Positions 20,382-29,355 of a stretch of DNA of 59,559 nt are shown here, one piece after another. The DNA lies in the NCBI GenBank assembly GCA_043747615.1, contig JAYTOU010000008.1, positions 1 through 59,559 of the forward strand, written 5' to 3'. Numbering within the stretch: position 1 is the stretch's first letter; each line of letters begins with the position of its first letter. The translations under genes and the position numbers were made by a program. Origin of the DNA: Myxococcales bacterium. GTDB lineage: Bacteria > Myxococcota_A > Polyangia > Polyangiales > Polyangiaceae. A model generated the notes under the pieces. It made no database searches. It saw only the letters and a list, made by a program, of their open reading frames with translations, and was not told where the DNA came from.

Positions 20382-22741
20382 GTGGCAGATAACGTCCAGT
20401 CGCGGATCGCGGGCACGTCTTCGAGGTGCTCCTTGACGTAAGCCGTGTGCTCCTTGAGCGAGCGGTCACACTCAGCGATGAGCGCATCCGCGTTCGGCAA
20501 CGTACGGCGCGCGCGCTTTAGCGCTTCTTTGCAAAGATGGAAGCGGCTCATTCCGTTGAGAACCACCATGTCGAAGGGGGTGGTCGTCGTCCCCTCTTCC
20601 TTGTAGCCGCGCACGTGGAATCTGTGCGGATTCGGACGCCCGTGGAGGAACTGATGGATGCCGCCCGGGTAGCCGTGAAAGGCGAAAATCACGTGCGTGT
20701 CGGCGGTGAAGAGATCGGTGAAGCTGCCGTCGGACATGCCGTGCGGATGCTCGCTCGGAGAGAAGAGCGTCATCAGGTCGACCACGTTCACCATCCGCAC
20801 GCGGAGCTCGGGCGCATGCTTTTTCAGCCACCACGCCGCAGCAACCGTCTCCAGCGTCGCCGTGTCACCGGCTGCCGCGAGAACGATGTCGAGATCGTTG
20901 GGCTTTCCTTCGTTGCCGGCCCACGTCCAGATCGAAGCCCCGCGCGCGCAGTGCTCGCGGGCCGCCGCGATGTCGAGCCACTGGAGCTGCGGCTGCTTGT
21001 CGATGATGATCAGATTCACGTAGTTCGTGCTTCGCAGGCAGTGGTCCGCGACCGACAGGAGGCAGTTTGCGTCCGGCGGCAGGTACACGCGCGCGACGGA
21101 ACCTTTCTTAGACGTGATCGTGTCCATGAATCCCGGCCCTTGATGACTGAAGCCGTTGTTGTCGTTCCGCCAGCAGGTCGAGGTGAGCAGATAGTTGAGC
21201 GATGGAATCGGCTTTCGCCATGGGAGCGACGCGCAGGCCTCGAGCCACTTCGCGTGCTGCGTCGCCATGGAGGCCACGATCAAGGCAAAGGCTTCGTAGG
21301 TCGCAAAGAGCCCGTGGCGGCCAGTGAGCAAATACCCTTCGAGCCAACCCTGGCAGTTGTGCTCGCTCAAGACTTCCATCACCCGCCCGTCGGTCGCGAC
21401 GTGATCGTCGGTCTCGAAGATCGGAGCGACGAGGCAGCGATTCTCGACCTCGAACACCGCGCCCAGCCGATTGGAGTTCGTCTCGTCGGGGCAAAACAGA
21501 CGGAAATTTCGGTGCTTTTTGTTTTTCGTGAAGATGTCGCGCAGCATCTGCCCGAGGCGCCTCGTGGACTCCTGAACCTCGACCCCGGGCCTCGTGAGAG
21601 TGACCGCGTAGTCGGTGAAATCGGGGAGCTCGAGGGGTGGCTGCGGGCACCCGTTCGCGTGAGGGTTCGCCCCCATGCGCCGCGTTCCCTTCGGAGCGAG
21701 CGCGGCCAGCGCCGGAATGAGACGCCCGCTTTCGTCGAAGAGACGCTCCGGCTCGTAGCTCCGCATCCACTTCTCCAGGAGCTTCAGGTGCTCGTGGTTC
21801 GTGCGCACGTTCATGAGCGGAACCTGGTGGGAGCGGAAGGTGCCCTCGATCTGCACGCCGTCGACCACCTTCGGACCGGTCCACCCCTTGGGCGTTCGCA
21901 GAACGATTGCCGGCCAGAGTGGCTTGCCGTGAACGCCGCTCGCCCGCGCGTCCGCCTGGATCTTTCGGATCTTGTCGTAGCAAGCGTCGAGCGTCCCTGC
22001 GAACGCGCGGTGCACGCGGAGCGGATCGTCGCCTTCGACGAAGTGCACGTCGTAGCCATGCCCGTAAAGAAGGCTGCGGATCGCGTCGTCGCTCGATCGC
22101 GCGAGCACGGTAGGGCCAGAGATTTTGTAGCCGTTCAAATGAAGGATGGGGAGCACTGCTCCATCACGCGCGGGGTTGAGGAAGCTCACCCCTTTCCATG
22201 AGCCCTCGAGCGGCCCCGTCTCTGCTTCACCATCTCCGATGACGGCGGCGACGATGAGATCCGGGTTGTCGAAGGCCGCACCGAAGGCATGCGACAGGAC
22301 GTAACCAAGCTCGCCGCCTTCGTGAATCGATCCTGGCGTAGGCGGGCTGACGTGACTCGGTATTCCGTACGGAGTCGAGAACTGGCGAAAGAGACGACGC
22401 ATCCCGTCGGTGTCTTCGGCGACCTCCGGGTAGACCTCCGTGTACGTACGCTCGAGGTATACGTTGGCGATCACCGCAGGACCGCCGTGGCCAGGGCCAG
22501 CGAGAAAAATGACGTTCGCGTCGCGCTGTCGAATCAGACGATTGAGGTGCACGTAGATCAGGCTCAGACCGGGCGACGTTCCCCAGTGCCCGAGGAGCCT
22601 CGCTTTCACGTGCGCGGGCTCCAGGGGCTCACGCAGGAGCGGGTTGGCCTGAAGATAGATCTGTCCGATCGTTAGGTAGTTTGCCGCGCGCCAGTAGGCG
22701 TCGAGGGCCTCTAGCTCGCTCGTGCTGATCGTGTCGGGCAT
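20378..22741 (-). CDS. xfp: Phosphoketolase (XFP family)
   Basis: [53 protein letters not shown]. Confidence 0.97.
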   Translation of the reverse strand: MPDTISTSELEALDAYWRAANYLTIGQIYLQANPLLREPLEPAHVKARLLGHWGTSPGLSLIYVHLNRLIRQRDANVIFLAGPGHGGPAVIANVYLERTYTEVYPEVAEDTDGMRRLFRQFSTPYGIPSHVSPPTPGSIHEGGELGYVLSHAFGAAFDNPDLIVAAVIGDGEAETGPLEGSWKGVSFLNPARDGAVLPILHLNGYKISGPTVLARSSDDAIRSLLYGHGYDVHFVEGDDPLRVHRAFAGTLDACYDKIRKIQADARASGVHGKPLWPAIVLRTPKGWTGPKVVDGVQIEGTFRSHQVPLMNVRTNHEHLKLLEKWMRSYEPERLFDESGRLIPALAALAPKGTRRMGANPHANGCPQPPLELPDFTDYAVTLTRPGVEVQESTRRLGQMLRDIFTKNKKHRNFRLFCPDETNSNRLGAVFEVENRCLVAPIFETDDHVATDGRVMEVLSEHNCQGWLEGYLLTGRHGLFATYEAFALIVASMATQHAKWLEACASLPWRKPIPSLNYLLTSTCWRNDNNGFSHQGPGFMDTITSKKGSVARVYLPPDANCLLSVADHCLRSTNYVNLIIIDKQPQLQWLDIAAAREHCARGASIWTWAGNEGKPNDLDIVLAAAGDTATLETVAAAWWLKKHAPELRVRMVNVVDLMTLFSPSEHPHGMSDGSFTDLFTADTHVIFAFHGYPGGIHQFLHGRPNPHRFHVRGYKEEGTTTTPFDMVVLNGMSRFHLCKEALKRARRTLPNADALIAECDRSLKEHTAYVKEHLEDVPAIRDWTLSAT

Positions 22742-22885
22742 AGTTATCGTGGCTCGTACGACGTCATCCCGCCGGCGCCATCACGAAAACCGCATTGCGC
22801 GTAAGGCGGACCATGACGCGAAGGTGCACGCTCTCGCGCGCGGCGTCCAGGCGACCCGCCTCGTTTTGACAGTTATGATGGTGCG

Positions 22886-24235
22886 GTGACTCCCGAGCTC
22901 AGTCCACGCTTCAGTCATCCGAAGCTCGAAGAGGTCATCGTTGCGCTCGTGGCTGAACCGCGCGTCGTCATGCGGATCGCGTTCGGTGCTGCTGCGGATC
23001 GGGAGACCTCGGCGCGCGCTGCCTGGGACCGCGAGACCGCGCTCGACGAACCTGCTGTTCGGTTCTGCAACATTCTCTTGATGATGGCCAAAGACGCCGG
23101 GGCGACTCACCTTCGTGTCGCAAACGGAACCATCGCCTACCGCGTCGGTGCAGCGTGGAGCGCGGGGCCGCAGCTCCCTCGGGAGATCCGGGCGCACGTG
23201 CTCGAGTGCGTGGTCTGGCGTCTCAAGCAGATGAGCAACATCGCTCCGGGACCTCCGGAAGGAACGGCCGCGCACAGCACGTTGACGCTCATCTTCGAGC
23301 CACCGATCGAAGGCGCTCGGCCGCAGCAGCCAGCGATCACCTTTTACACCTCGTTCGTGCGGACGATGGGTGAGTGCGTCCTCCTCCTCGGGGTCAGCGA
23401 GCCTCGCGGCCGCAGCGACCCCCGCCAGTCCCAACTCGACGAGCTCGTGGCGGCCGGCACGACGCACAACGGAAGCGGCCGCGAACGAGACGGCCAGCGC
23501 GTCTTCGAACGGGCGCTCGCTCTCTACGAGACCGAGCCCTCCTGCTTTCCCGGGGGCTTGGTCGACGTCCTGAACGGCCTAGGTCTCGCGTTCGAAGGTC
23601 AGTGGCAACACGCGAAGGCTGAAGATTTCTTTCGCCGAGAGGTGAAAGCGGCCGCAGCTGCCTACGGCGAAGAGAGCGTAGTCCATGCGTTCAGCCGGAC
23701 GAACCTTGCCCGCTTCCTGATCGATCGCGGAGAGCTCGAGGAAGCTGGAGAGCACCTGGCGCGCGCCGAGAGTTACTTCCTTTCCCTCGTTGGCGCGGAC
23801 AGCGCGTACCTCGAAGCGCGCAGGCAGCTCGGACGGCTCCACCGTGCACGCGGGCACGTCGACGAAGCTCGCGACGAAGCGCTGTACGTCCTTGCGCGCG
23901 CCGAGCACTTCGGGAGCGACGCGCTCGTCGTCGAGAGCTCATTCGATCTCGGCATCATCGAGCACACCCGCGGAGAGCTCGATTCCGCTGCCGCGCATCT
24001 TCGTCGCGCCCTCGCGCTCATGGGTGAGTTTGCGGCGTGGCATCCGTTTGCCGCCGAGGTCGGCGTCGCGCTGGCCCGGGTCCTCATGGCTCAAGGAAAA
24101 ACCCCGGAGGCGTTCCGGCTCTTCGAGAGCGCACGCCACATCCTCGAAAAAGTACGGGCTAGGGAGCATCCGGAGCGCGTCGAGCTCGCGGTGGAGATGG
24201 CCCGGCATCAAGAGCAGTTCGCGCCCTATCGATGA
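22886..24235 (+). CDS. TPR protein with an N-terminal PilB/GspE-N2-like domain
   Basis: DEPAVRFCNILL..AGATHLRV..IAYRV..RLKQMSNI..RTMGECVLL, then multiple TPR helices; TATGAT 6 nt before GTG. Confidence 0.75.
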   Translation: MTPELSPRFSHPKLEEVIVALVAEPRVVMRIAFGAAADRETSARAAWDRETALDEPAVRFCNILLMMAKDAGATHLRVANGTIAYRVGAAWSAGPQLPREIRAHVLECVVWRLKQMSNIAPGPPEGTAAHSTLTLIFEPPIEGARPQQPAITFYTSFVRTMGECVLLLGVSEPRGRSDPRQSQLDELVAAGTTHNGSGRERDGQRVFERALALYETEPSCFPGGLVDVLNGLGLAFEGQWQHAKAEDFFRREVKAAAAAYGEESVVHAFSRTNLARFLIDRGELEEAGEHLARAESYFLSLVGADSAYLEARRQLGRLHRARGHVDEARDEALYVLARAEHFGSDALVVESSFDLGIIEHTRGELDSAAAHLRRALALMGEFAAWHPFAAEVGVALARVLMAQGKTPEAFRLFESARHILEKVRAREHPERVELAVEMARHQEQFAPYR

Positions 24236-24314
24236 TGCCCTGACGCGATGGGGAGGGCGTCATCTGACACTAGGATAGCTGGATCGCTGGATCGCTTTTC
24301 CCCCATCTCGCGTT
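24231..24314. repeat. Hairpin and inverted repeats around a 3x8-bp tandem repeat
   Basis: GATGATGCCCT..AGGGCGTCATC stem (24231-24264); GGATAGCT-GGATCGCT-GGATCGCT at 24273-24296; ACGCGATGGGGA complementary to TCCCCCATCTCGCGT. Confidence 0.6.
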
Positions 24315-24436
24315 GAAAGAGGGCGCGAATCTCACGATTTCCGGTGTTTGTCCTGCCATGGAGGGGGGGAACGGAACTTGAAGTGAAGAAAGCTCACGTC
24401 CCGTTCGTCCCACTTCATCGAAGGAGATCTCGAATC

Positions 24437-24754
24437 ATGCGCAAGGCTCACGTTGGATTTCTCACGGCAGTGGCGATGGTGCTCACCGCGGGTGTCGCGC
24501 TCGCCGCAGCCGAGTACGACGTGACCACAGCGAAGGGTGAGATCACCATCGCCACCAAGGGCGACTGGCACGTGAACAAGGAGTATCCGTGGAAGGCCGT
24601 GCAGGGCGACAAGAAGTTCGACAAGTCCACGTTCACTCTCAGTGAGAAGTCGGCGAAGGTGACGGGCCTCCCCTCCGGCGCGGTCCACCTCAAGGGCGCT
24701 GTCTGCTCGGGACCGCAATGCATGCCGTTCGAGACCGACGTCACGGTCCCCTAG
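24437..24754 (+). CDS. Small secreted protein, DsbD N-terminal (Ig-like) domain-like
   Basis: AAGGAG RBS, signal peptide ..ALA, WHVNKEYP and AVCSGPQC. Confidence 0.7.
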   Translation: MRKAHVGFLTAVAMVLTAGVALAAAEYDVTTAKGEITIATKGDWHVNKEYPWKAVQGDKKFDKSTFTLSEKSAKVTGLPSGAVHLKGAVCSGPQCMPFETDVTVP

Positions 24755-24861
24755 CGTCCCCTGATCCCACGCGGCGACGGAGCGCGTTGACGCCCACGCT
24801 TGTGCGGCTGCACGAGCCTTGTATGGTGGCCTGGCGCGAAAAAACCGCGAGGAGGATTGCC

Positions 24862-25728
24862 GTGCCGATTACGACCGAGCTTCGTGCTTTACCCTTGTTT
24901 CAGGGAATCTCTGAAGCCCGACTCGGCGAGCTGGTCGCTGCGTTCCACGCGGCCACCCACAAAGCAGGTTCCGTCCTCTTCAAAGCCGGAGACGTCGCCG
25001 CCCACTTCGATCTGCTCACCAGCGGCGAGGTGAGCATCGAAGAAGAAGGCGCAGCGCGATTTCAGCTTCGCCCCCTCGCCCCGATCGGCGAGCTCGGGGC
25101 CCTCACCGGAATTCCGCGGAGCACCACAGCCACGGCAACGACGACCGTCGAGCTCCTGTCGATGCCGGTCCGTGATCTCCTCAGCTTCTTCGACGAGCAC
25201 GCCGACATCGGTTTCGTCTTCTACAAGAACTTGCTCGGAGTGGTCAGCGACAAGGTGCGCCGCGATCGCCGCCTGCTCGGGGAAATGCGGAGAAACATCA
25301 TCCGCACACAGAAAGCGATGAAGGCGACGCGCGAGCTCGTCCTCGCCAGCCCGGAGACGGAGATCTCCAAAGAAGTCTTCGAGTCGCTCGAAAATCTCAT
25401 CGATAACAACCGCCGCGCGAACTACCGGGTGGCACCGTCTGCGTCCTATCCCGCGCAGGTGCGGCTCGATGGCGGGCGGCTCGTCAAGGTCCTCGAGGTG
25501 AGCCAGGGCTACTTGAAACTCGAAGGCTCGACGAAGGAGCTCACCTCCGATGCGACGTACTGGGCCGGCGTGATGGTGATGCCCGGAGCCGAGATCGTGG
25601 TGAGCGGCATCATCGTGCGCGAAGCCTCGGACGGCGTGGTGGTGAAGCTCGACACGCTAGTCGACGAGTTCAAATCGAAGCTCGACGACTACACGACGCG
25701 CATCCAGCTCCTCGATTTCGTCGTCTGA
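24862..25728 (+). CDS. Cyclic nucleotide-binding domain protein with a C-terminal PilZ-like domain
   Basis: GGAGGA RBS; LPLFQG, IGELGALTGIPRSTTA; helical linker; RRANYRV..EVSQGY. Confidence 0.8.
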   Translation: MPITTELRALPLFQGISEARLGELVAAFHAATHKAGSVLFKAGDVAAHFDLLTSGEVSIEEEGAARFQLRPLAPIGELGALTGIPRSTTATATTTVELLSMPVRDLLSFFDEHADIGFVFYKNLLGVVSDKVRRDRRLLGEMRRNIIRTQKAMKATRELVLASPETEISKEVFESLENLIDNNRRANYRVAPSASYPAQVRLDGGRLVKVLEVSQGYLKLEGSTKELTSDATYWAGVMVMPGAEIVVSGIIVREASDGVVVKLDTLVDEFKSKLDDYTTRIQLLDFVV

Positions 25729-25735
25729 GCGCGCC

Positions 25736-26515
25736 TTGAACGCGACGAAGAGCGTCCTGTCGGCGGTCTTCGAGCGCCCTGGTGAGCTGCTCGCGCAAGA
25801 AGCGCATCTGAAACTCGGAGCCTTCTTTTTGCCGGTGCCCGAGCCATTACCGGAGCCGTTCGCAGAGGTGCTTCTCGTGGTCATCGATGACCAGAAGACA
25901 CGCGTCGAGTTGCCTGCGCGCGTGCTTCAGATCATGAGCGCAGCGCGGATGGCGATCGCGCCGACCGAGCTCCCGAAGGCCAAAGAGATGCTCGCGCCAC
26001 TCTTCGCGCGCGCACGCGGGATGCCGACGTCGGAGCCCGGAGCCGTCCGCGTTTTCTGGGAGCGTGAGGAGCCTATCGCCGCGTCTGCCGAAGTCGAAAA
26101 AGACGACGATGCCGTGAGCGTGGCCGCGCAGATCGAAAAGATGGCCGGACCGCAACGGATCCAGCTCGCGCTCAAGGGAGATCACACGGCGCGCATGCTC
26201 CTCCTCCGAGACACGAACAAGAGCTCACAAGTTTTCGTTCTCAAGAATCCACGCGTGACGTCCGAGGAGATTCGCTTCGTCGCCGGCGATCGCCAGGCCA
26301 ATCCGGAGGCTCTCTCCGCGATCGCAGCCAACCGTGAATGGATCGAGAACGCGAACATCCTGTGGACGCTGATCCGGAACCCCAAGACTCCGTCGGGGAT
26401 CGCGGTGAAGCTTCTCGAAAAGCTCGGTGTCGTCGAGCTGAGACGCTTGGCGAAGTCGAACGACGTGCCCGCCGCCGTTCAGGCCGCTGCGCGCAAACGC
26501 GTCAACGACGTTTGA
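25736..26515 (+). CDS. Hypothetical protein: PilZ-like N-terminus plus helical repeat C-terminus
   Basis: LGAFFLP..P..EVLLV..VELPARV; ALKGD..RMLLLRD..VLKNPR..LIRNPKTP. Confidence 0.65.
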   Translation: MNATKSVLSAVFERPGELLAQEAHLKLGAFFLPVPEPLPEPFAEVLLVVIDDQKTRVELPARVLQIMSAARMAIAPTELPKAKEMLAPLFARARGMPTSEPGAVRVFWEREEPIAASAEVEKDDDAVSVAAQIEKMAGPQRIQLALKGDHTARMLLLRDTNKSSQVFVLKNPRVTSEEIRFVAGDRQANPEALSAIAANREWIENANILWTLIRNPKTPSGIAVKLLEKLGVVELRRLAKSNDVPAAVQAAARKRVNDV

Positions 26516-26605
26516 GCCGCTCTCGGCGGGGAGGTGAACGCCTACCATTCCCCCGCTGCCTTCTCCCCGCAGCGCGCTGGCCTGAAGCGTGCTTCGTGAC
26601 CACGC

Positions 26606-27232
26606 ATGGCCAAGCTCGCAAGTCGCACTCAGCTCCAACCGCTCGCGCCGTCATCTGCGAGCAGCGGTACGTTTCGTCGCTCTGCGTGGATTCTGCCGGT
26701 CGTCACCCAGTCCGATCCCATTCTCTCCGAGCGTGCCTGCGCCGTCGACCCGTTCGATCCGGTGATCGTCGCCTTTTCGCGAGCGCTGGTCGCCACCATG
26801 CGCGCGTCGCCTGCGTGCGTAGGCCTCGCGGCGACGCAAGTCGGCGAGCTCTTTCACGTCTTCTGCGTGGACGTGACGGGGCATAAAAAAGCGCGGTCCT
26901 GCGCGGGCTTGGTGGTGCTCACCAACGCACGGATCATTCATCACTCCGAAGACGTCCTGATGCGCGAAGGCTGCATGAGCGTCCCGGATTTCACGGGCAA
27001 CGTGCTGCGCGCAGCGGAGGTGACCGTGGAAGGCTACGAGCCGGGAACGGGACGGCTGGTGCGTATGAGCGCCGACGCGATGGAAGCCCGCTGCCTCCAG
27101 CACGAGCTCGATCACCTTGATGGATTCGTGTTCGTGAACCGCGTGCGCGACCCCGCAAAGGATGTCTTCGCTCGGAAATCGTACGCCCCTACCGACCTTG
27201 GAAACGCGCCGCCGCGTGATTCACGCAGCTGA
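26606..27232 (+). CDS. def: Peptide deformylase
   Basis: CVGLAATQVG, EGCMS, QHELDHLDG. Confidence 0.93.
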   Translation: MAKLASRTQLQPLAPSSASSGTFRRSAWILPVVTQSDPILSERACAVDPFDPVIVAFSRALVATMRASPACVGLAATQVGELFHVFCVDVTGHKKARSCAGLVVLTNARIIHHSEDVLMREGCMSVPDFTGNVLRAAEVTVEGYEPGTGRLVRMSADAMEARCLQHELDHLDGFVFVNRVRDPAKDVFARKSYAPTDLGNAPPRDSRS

Positions 27233-27246
27233 CTGGAGAAATCGAA

Positions 27247-27666
27247 ATGCCGGACATCATGCACACCGTTCAAATGAATGCCTCGCCTGCGCAGATTTAC
27301 GGAGCGCTCACCGACCGCGGGCCGCTCCAAGGTTGGTGGACGAAGAACAGAAAGGTCGAGGCCAAGGTCCACGCGCTGGCCGAGTTCCAGCTCGATCACA
27401 AAATCGTCGTAAAAATGAGGGTGAAAGAGCTGACCGAGGGCTTGCGCGTAGTGTGGCAATGCGTGGCGGGCTCTCCGGATTGGATCGGCACCGAGATCAC
27501 GTTCGACCTCGCGCCACACGGAAACGAAACCCTCGTGCGCTTCCGGCACCGTAACTGGAAAGAGGCGACGGATTTCATGGGGCTTTGCAGCGCGAAGTGG
27601 GCGCGCTTTCTTTTCAGCTTGAAGTCGCTCATCGAGACGCCGGACCCGGAGGACCTCGACGCATGA
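27247..27666 (+). CDS. SRPBCC/AHSA1-like domain protein
   Basis: GGAG RBS; IYGALT..GWW..VVWQC..WIGTEITF..FRH.NW..W..FL.SLK. Confidence 0.88.
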   Translation: MPDIMHTVQMNASPAQIYGALTDRGPLQGWWTKNRKVEAKVHALAEFQLDHKIVVKMRVKELTEGLRVVWQCVAGSPDWIGTEITFDLAPHGNETLVRFRHRNWKEATDFMGLCSAKWARFLFSLKSLIETPDPEDLDA

Positions 27667-27772
27667 CGACGACACTTGACTACGATTCCTCTGCTGCCGA
27701 GTGCACGCACCGTGCGGCTACGTAGGAGCAACGAAAGCGCGAACCAACCCGCGAATCTTCGATCCACCCGGT

Positions 27773-27788
27773 TGGCCCGAACCGTGCT
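27773..27788 (+). promoter_or_regulatory. Putative sigma54 -24/-12 promoter
   Basis: TGGCCCGAACCGTGCT: GG-N10-GC spacing, about 45 nt upstream of ATG 27833. Confidence 0.6.
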
Positions 27789-27832
27789 CCATGGCTGGCA
27801 TACCTTCCGACACGACGGAAGTAGGAGTCACA

Positions 27833-29341
27833 ATGCCGCGACTGTTGAACGTGATTGCTCTCATGGTGCTGGCCCTCGCACCTTCCTGCTCCTCGAACTT
27901 CAGCGCGAAGGTCTGCAAGACGGACGGCGACTGCGGCAGCTTCGTCTGCGAAAACCAGAGCGGACAACCGGTGTGCGTTTCAGCTGCGTCCGTGCCTTTG
28001 CGAATCGGCATGAGCGCACCGATCTCCGGCTCGAGCCAGGCGCTCGGTACGGACATGAAGCTCGGCGTGATGCTCGCGTTCGACGCGCGGAACGCGGCGG
28101 GCGGCGTTCGTGGTCGTCACCTCACGCTCGAATTTCGAGACGACGAATACCAGCCGGCTCTCGCGGAGCAGTCGGCGCGCGCCCTGGTCGACGTTCAGGC
28201 GTCGACGGACCCGCCGAGATGCCCGACCACCGCCAACCCCGTCGTCATGGGGCAGCAGCCGGTCTCCACGACTGCGCTTCATCGTGGACCGAACGCGGTG
28301 CTCGCGTTTCTCGGCAACGTCGGCACACCGACCATGGTGCGCGCGGCGCCGGTTTCTCTCGAGACAGGAACCGTTTTCTTCGGCGCGTTCACCGGAGCAA
28401 CCCCCATCCTGCGCGACACGAGCGCGGGCGCGTGCTCCAAGTACGTTTTCAACGTGCGGGCGAGCTACGCGAACGAGGCGCGGGCAACGCTCGAGTACTT
28501 CTTTCGCGTGAAAGTGCCTGATTCCAAGCACGTCATCAGCTTCGATCAGAGCGACGCGTTCGGGCAAGCCGGATACGCCGGACTCGTGGCCGGGTACGCT
28601 GCGCTGAAAAGACCCTGGGATCCGGCCGTCGACCCGACCACCCCGATCGCCCGTTTCCGTTATGCGAAGGACGACCCGACGAGTACCGCAGCGCAAGCCG
28701 TCGCGGTGCAGGCCTACATCGCGGCGTTGCTCGGCGCGGATTCGGCGACGCACACGGTCGGCATCTTCATGACCGACACGTACGGCCCGGCGACTTCGTT
28801 CATCACCCTCATGCGCCAATGGCAGTTCGCGAACGACGCTCAGCAGACCTCACTCCAAAAGGCGACGAGGCTCAACCTCTACTTCAGCAACGTGTCATTC
28901 GTCGGTGCCAACGCGCTCGCCAACCGCTTGAAAGACGCGGGTACGGTGAACACGCCTTCTGGGCCGGTGCCGTACACGCAGAACGTCACCGTCTCCCAGG
29001 TGGTGCCGAACTACCAAGGCGACAAGAGCGACATCGTCAACGACTACCGCCGGCTGATCGGGACGCAAGCACCCAGCTTCACCTCGCTCGAAGGCTACGT
29101 CTCTGCGCGCATCTTCATCGCAGGGCTCTTGGCGCACAACGGACCATTCACTCCGGACGCGCTCATCTCGACCTTCGAAAATCTGCCTGATTTGAGCCTC
29201 GGGGTGGGCGCGGCGTCGGGATTCAGTCCCACCAACCACAACTATTCAAAGTCCGTTTGGGGAACTGCCATCGGGTCCGACGGATCGTTTCAGAATGTTT
29301 ATTTCTGGAGCGACGGAATCCCGATTCAGTTCTTCGAGTGA
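27833..29341 (+). CDS. Periplasmic-binding (Leu/Ile/Val type 1) lipoprotein with an N-terminal Cys-rich module
   Basis: AGGAG RBS, lipobox APSC; IGMSAPISG, DDEYQP, GNVGTPT, NVRASYANEA, SQVVP, SLEGY. Confidence 0.88.
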   Translation: MPRLLNVIALMVLALAPSCSSNFSAKVCKTDGDCGSFVCENQSGQPVCVSAASVPLRIGMSAPISGSSQALGTDMKLGVMLAFDARNAAGGVRGRHLTLEFRDDEYQPALAEQSARALVDVQASTDPPRCPTTANPVVMGQQPVSTTALHRGPNAVLAFLGNVGTPTMVRAAPVSLETGTVFFGAFTGATPILRDTSAGACSKYVFNVRASYANEARATLEYFFRVKVPDSKHVISFDQSDAFGQAGYAGLVAGYAALKRPWDPAVDPTTPIARFRYAKDDPTSTAAQAVAVQAYIAALLGADSATHTVGIFMTDTYGPATSFITLMRQWQFANDAQQTSLQKATRLNLYFSNVSFVGANALANRLKDAGTVNTPSGPVPYTQNVTVSQVVPNYQGDKSDIVNDYRRLIGTQAPSFTSLEGYVSARIFIAGLLAHNGPFTPDALISTFENLPDLSLGVGAASGFSPTNHNYSKSVWGTAIGSDGSFQNVYFWSDGIPIQFFE

Positions 29342-29355
29342 GGTCGCGAGGATCA

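Noticed and set aside
24373..24400. GGAACTT...CGTC as an ECF promoter
   Set aside because: Spacer is longer than the usual consensus and there is no ECF gene nearby; not supportable
26606..27232. Peptide deformylase motif 1 variant CVGLAATQ as an inactive enzyme
   Set aside because: Cys at this position occurs in active deformylases, and the metal ligands (EGC, HExxH) are intact
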